Origin: Nitrospirota bacterium
GTDB lineage: Bacteria > Nitrospirota > UBA9217
Direction of reading: 5' to 3'
Length of the DNA: 64,000 nt
NCBI GenBank assembly: GCA_963663225.1
Contig: OY760142.1
Span: 2,528,001 to 2,592,000 of the forward strand
The notes below the pieces were generated by a model. The model did no database searches. It worked only from the letters and a program-made list of their open reading frames with translations, and was not told the DNA's origin. A program made the position numbers and the translations under genes. Shown piece after piece: positions 8,892 to 18,018 of this stretch. Position 1 is the stretch's first letter; each line of letters opens with the position of its first letter.

Positions 8892-9878
8892 ATGAAACGT
8901 ATCATAATGTCCTTGAAAGCTGTATCGCTCCGTTTGCTGCTTGCGTTCACACTCCTGTTCGGCGCAGTTTCTTCTGCCTGTGCAGAGGCTCCCATGAAGA
9001 AAGTCCAAACACCGGGTTTTTACCGCATGCTGCTCGGACAATTCGAAGTTACGGCCCTTTTTGACGGCTCTATTACGTTGAATGCTGAGTTGCTGAAGAA
9101 TATTCCCGATTCGGAAGTGCGGAACCTGCTCGAACGGGGATTCGTCTCCTATCCGGGAATGCCGACATCAGTGGTGGCGTTTCTGATTAATACCGGTTCA
9201 AAGCTTGTGCTGGTGGATGCGGGGACGGCCGGGGCATTGGGACCGGCACTCGGCCATCTGCCTGAAAACCTGAAAGCAGCCGGCTACAATCCGGCGCAGG
9301 TAGATGCTGTTTTGATTACCCACATGCACCGCGATCATATCGGGGGCCTTGTAGATGCCGATGGAAAGCCGGCTTTTCCGAACGCGGTTGTTTACGTCTC
9401 CAAGGCGGAAAGCGACTTCTGGTTGTCTGCTGCAATTGCAGCAAAGGCGCCGCTGAAATATCAACCATACTTTAAAATGCTCCGTGATATTGCTGCTCCT
9501 CTGGTGGCTCTTGGAAAATGGAAGGCATTTGAGGGAAGTGACCTGCAGATACCCGGCATCACTGCGATTGCCATCCCGGGTCATACGCCGGGTCATACCG
9601 CATTTGAGGTCTGCTCCGGCGGACAAACCTTTCTTATCATCGGCGATACGGTGCATAGTATGGCTGTTCAGTTTCCGAAGCCTGAGGCAGCCATTGAATT
9701 TGATGCCGATTTAAAGCAGGCGATTGCTTCCAGGCTTGCATTATTCAAAATTGCGGCTGAGTCCAAAGTTCTTGTCGGCGGTATGCATCTTCCTTTTCCC
9801 GGCATCGGACATGTGCGGAGAGAAGGGCGTGACTCTTATGCGTGGGTGCCGATCGATTTTTCTCCGTTTTTTGAATAA
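8892..9878 (+). CDS. Secreted metallo-beta-lactamase-fold hydrolase (methyl-parathion hydrolase/lactonase-like)
   Basis: Signal peptide; PGFYRMLLGQFEVTALFDG, THMHRDHIGG, GHTPGH, GDTVH, HLPFPGIG. Confidence 0.88.
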   Translation: MKRIIMSLKAVSLRLLLAFTLLFGAVSSACAEAPMKKVQTPGFYRMLLGQFEVTALFDGSITLNAELLKNIPDSEVRNLLERGFVSYPGMPTSVVAFLINTGSKLVLVDAGTAGALGPALGHLPENLKAAGYNPAQVDAVLITHMHRDHIGGLVDADGKPAFPNAVVYVSKAESDFWLSAAIAAKAPLKYQPYFKMLRDIAAPLVALGKWKAFEGSDLQIPGITAIAIPGHTPGHTAFEVCSGGQTFLIIGDTVHSMAVQFPKPEAAIEFDADLKQAIASRLALFKIAAESKVLVGGMHLPFPGIGHVRREGRDSYAWVPIDFSPFFE

Positions 9879-9910
9879 AATGATTATTGTGCACAGAGAG
9901 GAAACAAAAC

Positions 9911-11035
9911 ATGGCCGGTTGCAAAGAAAGTAAACGGTATCTTGCCAATTTAGCAGATGAGCGAAGCAGTGCGGCGCTCTACCGGGTCATGGCAGAGTAC
10001 GAGCAAAATGCCCAGATTGCAGAAGTTTATAGGAAACTCGCAGAAACCGAGGATACACATGCTGCGGTATGGGCTCAGAGGCTGACGAAGGCAGGAGTTG
10101 AAGTCCCGGTTTTTCGGCTCCCGATGCGTACGCGTGTTCTTATTTGGCTGATCCGTCGTTTCGGCGTCAATATGGTTCTTCCAAGCCTGTCTGCAATGGA
10201 GCAAAACGGGACGAAATCCTACAAAAGCCAACCGGATGCTCAGGACATGGTTCCGGAGGAGCAATCGCATGCGCGGCTGCTTCAGCAGATCGGAAAGACA
10301 TCCGGCATCGGCGTGGAAGGAAGCGCGTTGGCGCGCTTTGAGGGCCGCCACCGTTCCGCGGGCGGTAATGCACTACGGGCTGCCGTGCTCGGGGCAAGCG
10401 ACGGCTTGCTCTCCAATTTTAATCTTATTATGGGAGTGGCAGGAGCGGCCCTATCCAACAGCACTATTCTGCTTACCGGATTTGCAGGTCTGCTTGCCGG
10501 AGCCATATCCATGGCGCTTGGTGAATGGATATCGGTCCGGAGTTCGCAGGAATTATATGAAAACCAGATAAGCACCGAAAAGGAAGAAATTGCTGAAGCT
10601 CCTGAAGAGGAGGTCGAGGAACTGGTTTTGATTTACCAGGCCCGGGGAATGGACGGGGAAACCGCGCGTCAGATTGCCGTCAGACTTATGAGCGATCCGG
10701 ACACCGCTCTTGACGCGCTTGCGCGTGATGAACTTGGTGTTGATCCCGAAGAGCTTGGTGGATCGGCGTGGGAGGCTGCGATTACCTCATTCTTTCTTTT
10801 TGCCGCAGGCGCCATTATCCCCATTGTTCCATTTCTGTTCCTGAACGGAACAATGGCCGTTGTGACGAGTGCCGGATTAAGTGCTGCCGGGCTCTTTGTC
10901 ATCGGCGCCGCTATTACGTTATTTACCGGCAGGTCTATCCTGTATTCCGGACTGAGGCAAGTCATCTTCGGTCTCGCCGCAGCAGGGGCGGTATTCCTGA
11001 TCGGACATCTGATCGGCGTGAGTATTGCAGGATGA
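9911..11035 (+). CDS. VIT1/CCC1 family Fe/Mn transporter with N-terminal rubrerythrin/ferritin-like domain
   Basis: N-terminal E..H motifs (ETEDTH, EEQSH); LRAAVLGASDGL and AGAISMALGEW VIT motifs. Confidence 0.88.
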   Translation: MAGCKESKRYLANLADERSSAALYRVMAEYEQNAQIAEVYRKLAETEDTHAAVWAQRLTKAGVEVPVFRLPMRTRVLIWLIRRFGVNMVLPSLSAMEQNGTKSYKSQPDAQDMVPEEQSHARLLQQIGKTSGIGVEGSALARFEGRHRSAGGNALRAAVLGASDGLLSNFNLIMGVAGAALSNSTILLTGFAGLLAGAISMALGEWISVRSSQELYENQISTEKEEIAEAPEEEVEELVLIYQARGMDGETARQIAVRLMSDPDTALDALARDELGVDPEELGGSAWEAAITSFFLFAAGAIIPIVPFLFLNGTMAVVTSAGLSAAGLFVIGAAITLFTGRSILYSGLRQVIFGLAAAGAVFLIGHLIGVSIAG

Positions 11036-11073
11036 AAAAATGAATATCCGTAATTCAGCAGATGAAAAATCCC

Positions 11074-11094
11074 AAAGCAGGCCACGCCTGCTTT
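11074..11094. terminator. Hairpin between convergent genes, likely bidirectional terminator
   Basis: AAAGCAGGC-cac-GCCTGCTTT. Confidence 0.6.
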
Positions 11095-11111
11095 CTTCGC
11101 GTAGCCGCTGC

Positions 11112-11534
11112 TTATAGGGACACGTACTCTTTCGGTGTAAAATTATTCGCCATTGTCCAGACGGTGGCCTTGCCGTTTTTCATCCGGTAAACAGCCAGAG
11201 GATCATACCCGGCCTTATCGATCCAAGGTTTCAGAAAATCACGCTTTTGTACGATCTCTTTTTTTAATGCCAGGTCTTCGACAAGCTCAAGCGTGCCGCT
11301 GATCCGTATCTGGATAAGTCCTTCAAACTTACCGTTGTTAAAACAAAGTTCAACCTGGGAATTCTTCGTCAATTGTTTATGCAAATCCTTCATTTTCCCC
11401 GTATGAAATATGATTCCGTTCTCGTCCGCGCGATACATCATCATTCCGCGGACACGCGGAACATTGCCCTCAACGGTCGCAAGATGGCAAAGCGGATTAT
11501 CATTCAAGAATTTCAGTACTTCCTGTTTGTTCAT
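11112..11534 (-). CDS. Pyridoxamine 5'-phosphate oxidase-like FMN-binding protein
   Basis: LATVEGNVPRVR, FHTGKMK...QL..N..VELCF, QIRISG. Confidence 0.82.
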   Translation of the reverse strand: MNKQEVLKFLNDNPLCHLATVEGNVPRVRGMMMYRADENGIIFHTGKMKDLHKQLTKNSQVELCFNNGKFEGLIQIRISGTLELVEDLALKKEIVQKRDFLKPWIDKAGYDPLAVYRMKNGKATVWTMANNFTPKEYVSL

Positions 11535-11565
11535 GGCAATTGCTCCCGCTAGGTTTAGAAAAAGA

Positions 11566-12774
11566 TCATATGGTATCAAGCGCCTGCTTCAAATCTGCAA
11601 GCAGATCGTCAATATCTTCCAATCCGAGCGCAATCCGTACAAGATTGTCCACAATTCCTATGTTTTGACGGAAATCCTCCGGATAGTCGAAGAATGACAT
11701 CATGGACATCTGCGTTACGAGACTTTCACTGCCGCCAAGGCTCGGTGTGATCAGAAAAAGTTCCAGTGAATCGATGAATTTTCTTGTTTTTGCATCATCT
11801 CCGCGGATCAAAAAAGTTACCATGCTGCCGAAACCCTTCATGAGCCGTACTGCAATATCGTGGTCTGGGTGGGATTTCAGACCTGGATACCACACCTTTT
11901 CTATTTTTGGGTGGGATTCGAGCATCTCCGCTACCGCCAAACCTATTTTATTGTGGTGTTCCATGCGAAGGCCGAATGTTTTCAGACCTCGTTCCAGCAA
12001 AAAACAGGTAAGCGGTCCTGGCATTGCGCCGATCATTCTCTGCATTCGGTAAAGATCGTTTAATAGCTCGTATTTGCCGAGAGCGACGCCGGCCATCAGG
12101 TCGTTATGACCTCCGTGGTACTTGGTGGCAGAATGGATTACGATATCAATGCCGAGTTCAAGCGGTTTTATATTATAGGGAGTTGCCAGTGTCGCATCGA
12201 TAATAGTCATGATCTTGTTCTTTTGAGCGACTTTGACGATTGCGGGAAGATCAAGCACGCGCAAATATGGGTTTGTCGGCGACTCCGTAAAAATGATATT
12301 GGTGTTTGGTTTTATAGCTTTTTCAATAGCTTCTGCAGTTGGGTCGACCATGGAAACCTGGATGCCGAACCTGGAAAGGGTGTTCGTGGCAAAATCACGC
12401 GTCTGGCGGTAACAATCATTCGTGAAAATGATGTGGCCGTCAGGGCGCATATAAGTCAGCAGCGTCAGGATCACGGCACTCATCCCTGTGGAGAATAGTA
12501 TGGCCCGCTCAGCGTTTTCTATTGCAGCCAGCTTGCGTTCACATGCTTGCTGGGTCGGATTGCCGTACCGGCCGTATTCGTGCTCCCGGATCACTTTGCC
12601 TTCTTTTTTCGCTTTCATGAATTCGTAAACTTTGTCCGTGCTTTCAAAATAGTAGTTTGACGTCTGGACAATAGGGGTGGAAACAGAATAGTGGGCATGA
12701 TGCATCCGGTCTTTCCCATGAACACCGAGGGTTGCCGGTTTCCAGTTTTTTGAATTCAGTGGTTTTTTAGACAT
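11566..12774 (-). CDS. metB: Cystathionine gamma-synthase (Cys/Met PLP enzyme), plant-like
   Basis: [48 protein letters not shown]. Confidence 0.82.
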   Translation of the reverse strand: MSKKPLNSKNWKPATLGVHGKDRMHHAHYSVSTPIVQTSNYYFESTDKVYEFMKAKKEGKVIREHEYGRYGNPTQQACERKLAAIENAERAILFSTGMSAVILTLLTYMRPDGHIIFTNDCYRQTRDFATNTLSRFGIQVSMVDPTAEAIEKAIKPNTNIIFTESPTNPYLRVLDLPAIVKVAQKNKIMTIIDATLATPYNIKPLELGIDIVIHSATKYHGGHNDLMAGVALGKYELLNDLYRMQRMIGAMPGPLTCFLLERGLKTFGLRMEHHNKIGLAVAEMLESHPKIEKVWYPGLKSHPDHDIAVRLMKGFGSMVTFLIRGDDAKTRKFIDSLELFLITPSLGGSESLVTQMSMMSFFDYPEDFRQNIGIVDNLVRIALGLEDIDDLLADLKQALDTI

Positions 12775-14116
12775 CAGAAGTTCTCCTCTGTTTTTTTAAC
12801 GCCTGCTGCAGGGCTTCTTTGACCGCATCAATGCGGGCAGGCACTTCGATCGGTTTATTTGCGTAACGACTTGGGAACCCCAATGTTTCCTCGTGATAAG
12901 ACACTTTGAAATCTGCGAACTTGAGACCGTGCGCCGTGGAAATGACAATCACATGTTCTGCCTTGTCTATTTTGCCTGATTTGACCAGCTTTATCAACGC
13001 CGCGAGAGCTACGCCCGTGTGCGGGCAGTTGAACATTCCCGTGGTATCTCCAAGGGCTGCGGCATCCGTCAATTCCTGCTCTGTGGCGTCCATGACAATC
13101 CCGTCAAACTGTTTCAGCGTGCGGATCGCTTTTTCGATGCTTACCGGATTACCGATCTGGATGGCGCTTGCGAGCGTTTTTTGTGCCTGCATGGGTTCGA
13201 ATGATTCGAAGTTCTTGAGATAGGAGCGGTAAAGCGGATTGGCGCGTTCCGCCTGTGCCACCACGATGCGCGGCAGTTTGGAAATCAGCCCCAGATCACG
13301 CATCATCAGCAGGCCGCTGCCGAGAGCAGACACGTTGCCCAGATTGCCGCCCGGAATGATGATGACATCCGGGACCTTCCAGTCGAACTGCTGCACGATT
13401 TCTATTCCCACGGTTTTCTGGCCTTCAATACGAAGCGAATTCATGGAATTTGCCAGATACAGTGTTTCGTCTTTTGTGATCTCCTGCACCAGTCGCATGC
13501 ATCCGTCGAAGTCAGTATCAAGGGACAGTACCAGGGAGCCATTGGCAATCGGCTGAACAAGCTGGGCAATGGATATCTTGCCCTTCGGCAGAAGCACGAT
13601 CGAGGGGATACCTGCCGCCGCGCAATAGACCGCCAGCGCGGCAGAGGTGTCGCCGGTGGATGCACAGGCCACGGCCTGGATCGGGGCTCCTTCGCTGATC
13701 ATCTGTTTAACCTGCGATACCAGAACCGTCATGCCGAGATCCTTGAATGATCCGCTGTGGGAATTGCCGCACAGTTTCACCCAGACGTTGTCGAGTCCGA
13801 CGATTTTCCCGAACCGCTCCGCCCAGAAGAGATTGGTCCCGCCTTCATACAATGAGACAATATTGTCGTCTGCTATCTGCGGAAGTATCCATTCTTTTTT
13901 GCCCCACACGCCGGAACCATAGGGCCATTGCGTGGACTTGTAACGGTCATCGAACAGCTTTTTCCATTCATCGGCGCTGCGCTTGGACAGTGCGTTCATA
14001 TCGTGCCGGACTTCCAGGAGTGAGCCGCACTTTTCGCAACGGTAGATGATTTTATTGAGCGGATACTTTGTTTTGCATTGCTGATTGATGCATTGAAACC
14101 AGGCATTATAGTGCAT
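12767..14116 (-). CDS. thrC: Threonine synthase, plant-like subfamily
   Basis: [11 protein letters not shown] lysine, [35 protein letters not shown]; ATG 14116 after AGAGGG. Confidence 0.92.
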   Translation of the reverse strand: MHYNAWFQCINQQCKTKYPLNKIIYRCEKCGSLLEVRHDMNALSKRSADEWKKLFDDRYKSTQWPYGSGVWGKKEWILPQIADDNIVSLYEGGTNLFWAERFGKIVGLDNVWVKLCGNSHSGSFKDLGMTVLVSQVKQMISEGAPIQAVACASTGDTSAALAVYCAAAGIPSIVLLPKGKISIAQLVQPIANGSLVLSLDTDFDGCMRLVQEITKDETLYLANSMNSLRIEGQKTVGIEIVQQFDWKVPDVIIIPGGNLGNVSALGSGLLMMRDLGLISKLPRIVVAQAERANPLYRSYLKNFESFEPMQAQKTLASAIQIGNPVSIEKAIRTLKQFDGIVMDATEQELTDAAALGDTTGMFNCPHTGVALAALIKLVKSGKIDKAEHVIVISTAHGLKFADFKVSYHEETLGFPSRYANKPIEVPARIDAVKEALQQALKKQRRTSDV

Positions 14117-14312
14117 AGTATTCACCCTCTCTGCAGCTGTTTTGAATTAGTATGGTTTTCCGCGGAAGCAGAATAGCGTGGGACCGTGATGTATGCGGAT
14201 GTCTTCTGAATTGCTTCACGCGTGGAATAATCACATGGCATAACCGCAATGTTGCTGCAGCGTTCGAATAGAATGAAATATACCACATCATCCCGATATA
14301 TGCACGCACTGA

Positions 14313-15788
14313 TTACGACACTCTCTTAAAATCTATATATCCGCGCTCCACATCCGTGCTGATAAGCTCAACCCGCAAACGGTGCCCCACATCAAGTCCT
14401 TCAAAACCGCTTGCCAACCTGCCTTCAATAGGAGGATGCAGCAAACGAACCCAGGTCCCTTTGTCTGCCGCGCCGGTGACGAAGGCGTCAAAGCGTTCTC
14501 CAATTCTATGCTCAAGCAGCAGCGCCGCAGCGGATTTTCTGACCTGGCGTTCGACTTTTTTTGCTGCATTTTCCTGTTCGGTGCAGTGCTTTACGAGGTC
14601 GTCGAGTTCGTCATGGCCGTACGGCAGCGGCGATCCAAAAAAAACAGACTTCAGAAGGCGTTGTGTAATGACGTCGGGATAACGACGGTTCGGGGCAGTG
14701 GAATGTCCATAATCCCTGACTGCAAGGCCAAAATGACCGTTTGGTTTTTCACTGGGAAGGTTGACTGCATATTCGCCAGGGCCCATAAGCTTTATGATCG
14801 AGAGGGAAAGATCCGGGAACCTTAACGGGTCCGCGTTTCTGGCCTCCATCAGGAAAGCTTCCAATGCTTGAGAGTCCGGTTGGACCGGCAGGGTACATTG
14901 CCGCTCAGCCGCCAGCTCTCTGATGCGGTCCCATCGCTTCGGTGTTTTTACCACCCGTCTGATGGAGGGTAATTTTTGGGAAGCAAGAAAACGCACGGTT
15001 ATTCCGTTTGCGGTGATCATGAAATCTTCAATAATATCTTTGGCGCGGTTTTTTTTCTCAGCCTCCACGTCCCGCAGCATGCCGTCATCGAACACAATGC
15101 GCGCTTCGATGGTCTCGAGGGTCAAAGCTCCGTGAGCGTGCCTGAGGGTTTTCAGCTGCTGCGCCGTATGGTCCTGGAGCCGGATGTTCTCCGCAAGACC
15201 GGGGATGTCAGAGACGGATTGCGGAACAGGGCCGGTGCCGTCAAGCCAGGCGGCGACGCTGTTATAGGCGAGCTTTGCTTTGTTGCGGACCAGAGCAGGG
15301 TAGACGGCAGAGTCTTTGAGGGCCCCCTCTTTGTCCAGTGTCATTTCAATGACCACTGCGAAGCGGTCTGCAGAATAATTGAGGGAGGTAAGGTCCGTTG
15401 ACAGTTTTTCAGGCAGCATGGGAAAGATTTTTGCCTCAGTGTATATTGACGTGGTATTCCTGCGTGCATGCTCGTCCAGAGCAGAGCCTTTTTTGACCAG
15501 GATGTCAACATCTGCAACGGCAACACGTATTTTCACGCTGTCAGGAGAAATCGATTCTGCAACCGTGAGTTGGTCGAGGTCGCGTGAATCGTCATTGTCT
15601 ATAGAACACCAGAGAAGAGCCCGCAAATCGCGGACGGTTCCATCTGTCTTCAGCTCAGGTGGATGAATGGCATCTAATTCTGCAAGCGCCTGCTGGGAGA
15701 AATCCGGCAGCAGCCCGCGCTCAATCATAGCGCGGCGGGCAATTCTTTGCAGCAAGGAACGGTGATGTCTGTTATTTGCATCAGTCAT
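14313..15788 (-). CDS. RNB-domain exoribonuclease (short RNase II/R family protein)
   Basis: SIDNDDSRDLDQ, VAVADV, IIEDFMI, HFGLA...YGHSTAPNRRYPD; C-terminal S1-like domain. Confidence 0.88.
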   Translation of the reverse strand: MTDANNRHHRSLLQRIARRAMIERGLLPDFSQQALAELDAIHPPELKTDGTVRDLRALLWCSIDNDDSRDLDQLTVAESISPDSVKIRVAVADVDILVKKGSALDEHARRNTTSIYTEAKIFPMLPEKLSTDLTSLNYSADRFAVVIEMTLDKEGALKDSAVYPALVRNKAKLAYNSVAAWLDGTGPVPQSVSDIPGLAENIRLQDHTAQQLKTLRHAHGALTLETIEARIVFDDGMLRDVEAEKKNRAKDIIEDFMITANGITVRFLASQKLPSIRRVVKTPKRWDRIRELAAERQCTLPVQPDSQALEAFLMEARNADPLRFPDLSLSIIKLMGPGEYAVNLPSEKPNGHFGLAVRDYGHSTAPNRRYPDVITQRLLKSVFFGSPLPYGHDELDDLVKHCTEQENAAKKVERQVRKSAAALLLEHRIGERFDAFVTGAADKGTWVRLLHPPIEGRLASGFEGLDVGHRLRVELISTDVERGYIDFKRVS

Positions 15789-15812
15789 ACGGTAGCACTC
15801 CGAAAAAATTAA

Positions 15813-16727
15813 TTACGCGTGTTCCCAAGCCTGCAGGAACGTCCGTTTAGCATTGGCAATGACCAACTCACTCGTTTCATCCGGCATCGGTTTAACTTCA
15901 AAGCTGAGAATTCGCGGAGTTTCCTTGTTCAGATAGCCGATTTCGAGCAGCACCCGCAGAAACTCCGTCAGTTCGGCCACATCCGTTTCGCCGCCGGGAA
16001 ATCCGAAACGGGGATGCAGGTCGCCGTATCCCGGATTGTTTTTATCTTTAACCACGCAGTTGCCCATGTGTGCATGGATGATGTGCTCTTTGACGGTCAA
16101 AAGCGCTTCGCGAATTGATTCAAACTGAAGAGGAAAATGGCTTAAATCCACCATCAGACCAAAGTTTGCATGTTTTTTTCGCAGGCGGGCGGACAGCACG
16201 ACAGCTTCCTTATGCGGTCCGATGACGACTTTTTTATCAATTTCCCGGTCAAAGGTTTCGAGCGCAACCCGCATAGTGCCTTTTGCTGCAGCATACGAAC
16301 AGAGTTGGTCCAGTGAATCAAACAACAGCTCTGTTGCCTCGCCGCGTTTATCCGGTCCGGGATCCGCGCCGCTCAAAACGCCGATTCCCACTGCAGACAA
16401 CTCATATGCCTCGTCCACGGCGGCTTTGCAGCGATCCAACGCTTTTTGGCGCTCTTCCTGATCAAAGCTGTTCAGGTTGAGTTTGTTTCTCAGTAAGACA
16501 GGCTGTCCGCCGTATGCTACGGTCAGCTTGCCGGCTGCCAGCAATTTCCCTGCCTTCTCGCGTACCGATGAGTCCTTGATATGAGTGATTTCAACGGCAT
16601 CGAAAAATTCGTCATAAACTATTTTTTCAAGCGTTTCCAAGATTGGCCCTTCTCCCCGGATTACCTGTGGATACGCCATAAAGTGTAGCAATCCTATTTT
16701 CATATACTTCTTCCATGATTCGTTCAT
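15813..16727 (-). CDS. Sugar-phosphate isomerase/epimerase (xylose-isomerase-like TIM barrel)
   Basis: ALETFD, VDLSH, HAHMGN, GDLHPRFG and SFEVKP metal ligands; AGGAGG RBS. Confidence 0.8.
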   Translation of the reverse strand: MNESWKKYMKIGLLHFMAYPQVIRGEGPILETLEKIVYDEFFDAVEITHIKDSSVREKAGKLLAAGKLTVAYGGQPVLLRNKLNLNSFDQEERQKALDRCKAAVDEAYELSAVGIGVLSGADPGPDKRGEATELLFDSLDQLCSYAAAKGTMRVALETFDREIDKKVVIGPHKEAVVLSARLRKKHANFGLMVDLSHFPLQFESIREALLTVKEHIIHAHMGNCVVKDKNNPGYGDLHPRFGFPGGETDVAELTEFLRVLLEIGYLNKETPRILSFEVKPMPDETSELVIANAKRTFLQAWEHA

Positions 16728-16815
16728 GAATCCTCCTGTACATATATTCGCCTCGGTTATATAGGTCGGCAGACAGGATTTGTCGGTGCAAATTGTATTA
16801 TGTTGCGGGCGTTTC

Positions 16816-17562
16816 TCAGCCGATTCTTCTCTTTACCTTCTCCCATGAATGAGTGATAAGGAAGCTTTCGTCCATATTGCCGGCCATGCGGACAAATTTG
16901 CTCATCGGCACGGCAAAGGACAGGGTGTCCTTGGGAATATACGGTCGTGCAGATATGTCCATCATGCCTAGTACAGCCCGCGGGCGGGACGATTTGTTTT
17001 CCAGATACGGATACTGGACGATGGAACCGCATCCCGCACAAAAGGGACAAATAACCCCGTTGAGTTCCGCTTCGTCATAGTTTGCCAGCGTGAACAGTCC
17101 CGAAAGGACATCAGGGGTGGCGAAGAAAATGACCACTTCCGGGTTGTCAGATTCAGTTACCTGATCTAATCGTTTAAAAACAATGTATTTTGCAGGTGCG
17201 TCGGATGTTTTGGCGTTTTTTAAAAACTCTTTAACCAGTTCGGGGCTTTTTTTATACCGTTCACCTTCCAATTTGCCGGGGATGCCGCAGGAAAGGAAAT
17301 ATTCAAAATTCGGCATTAAATCGTGTGAAAAACCGAGATATTTTTTTCCGCCGATACAGCCGATGGAGCCTGCCTCAAAACAGAGAGCAACTCCTTTTCG
17401 CACTTTCGCCAGAGCCCCGATGATACACTGGTGCGCCGTCGGTGCGGGAACATGCTCGGCGAAATCTTCCTGGTCGGTGTAATAAAAAATAAAAGGCAGC
17501 TCCGCACCGGCAAAATAGGTGTTCCATGATTTGAGAAAGAGTTCTTTCAACGTCATGTCCAT
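16816..17562 (-). CDS. DUF169 family protein
   Basis: C.GGKKYLG, PEVVIFFATPDVLSGLFTLANY, AGCGSIV, GMMDISAR. Confidence 0.75.
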   Translation of the reverse strand: MDMTLKELFLKSWNTYFAGAELPFIFYYTDQEDFAEHVPAPTAHQCIIGALAKVRKGVALCFEAGSIGCIGGKKYLGFSHDLMPNFEYFLSCGIPGKLEGERYKKSPELVKEFLKNAKTSDAPAKYIVFKRLDQVTESDNPEVVIFFATPDVLSGLFTLANYDEAELNGVICPFCAGCGSIVQYPYLENKSSRPRAVLGMMDISARPYIPKDTLSFAVPMSKFVRMAGNMDESFLITHSWEKVKRRIG

Positions 17563-17700
17563 GCGCTGCCTCCCGGTGCATTTTAGACGTATAAAATTTG
17601 CAGTTTAGTATAGCTGATTTTTATCCGGAGATAAAGCACAAAAGGGTATCAGTAAGGGTATCATGGAAAGAATTGGCCTGCGGATCGGCATTTTTTCCAG

Positions 17701-17729
17701 TTGACAGGAAAATGTATAAGGCGTAAGAT
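17701..17729 (+). promoter_or_regulatory. sigma70-type promoter of tatA
   Basis: TTGACA-17 nt-TAAGAT followed by an AAGGAGGG RBS. Confidence 0.65.
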
Positions 17730-17756
17730 TCGCCTTTCGCAAGGAGGGTGAAAGCA

Positions 17757-17945
17757 ATGTTTGAAGGACTGATGCAACCGATGCATTTGATTGTCATTCT
17801 GTTGATTGTGCTGATCATCTTCGGCCCGGGGAAATTGCCTGAGCTGGGTGAAGGCCTTGGGAAGAGCATTCGGGCGTTCAAAAAAGCCATTAAAGATGAT
17901 AATTCAGCCACTGCCATAGAGCACGAGGCTGATAAAAAGGCATAA
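17757..17945 (+). CDS. tatA: Twin-arginine translocase TatA/E subunit
   Basis: LIVLIIFGPGKLPELGEGLGKSIRAFKKA. Confidence 0.92.
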   Translation: MFEGLMQPMHLIVILLIVLIIFGPGKLPELGEGLGKSIRAFKKAIKDDNSATAIEHEADKKA

Positions 17946-18018
17946 CCCCGTCTGACATTCCGCCTGATCCATTGTGGGTGGGATATCATCTTTCGGGGCC
18001 TCGAAGGTTCCTCCTTCC

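Noticed and set aside
8892-9878. Antibiotic-resistance metallo-beta-lactamase
   Set aside because: Motifs (GDTVH bridging Asp, HLPFPG) fit the MPH/lactonase branch, not class B1-B3 beta-lactamases
14117-14312. SAM riboswitch, T-box or thr leader peptide upstream of thrC-metB
   Set aside because: No SAM-I core, T-box motif or Thr/Ile-rich leader recognisable on the minus strand
4081-17600. Genomic island integrated at tRNA-Pro
   Set aside because: Accessory-looking genes follow the tRNA, but there is no integrase, I saw no repeat of the tRNA 3' end, and the native terminator is intact
17946-18018. c-di-AMP (ydaO) riboswitch upstream of kup
   Set aside because: Spacer is only about 70 nt and lacks the conserved ydaO segments; the kup2 spacer is AT-rich and unstructured
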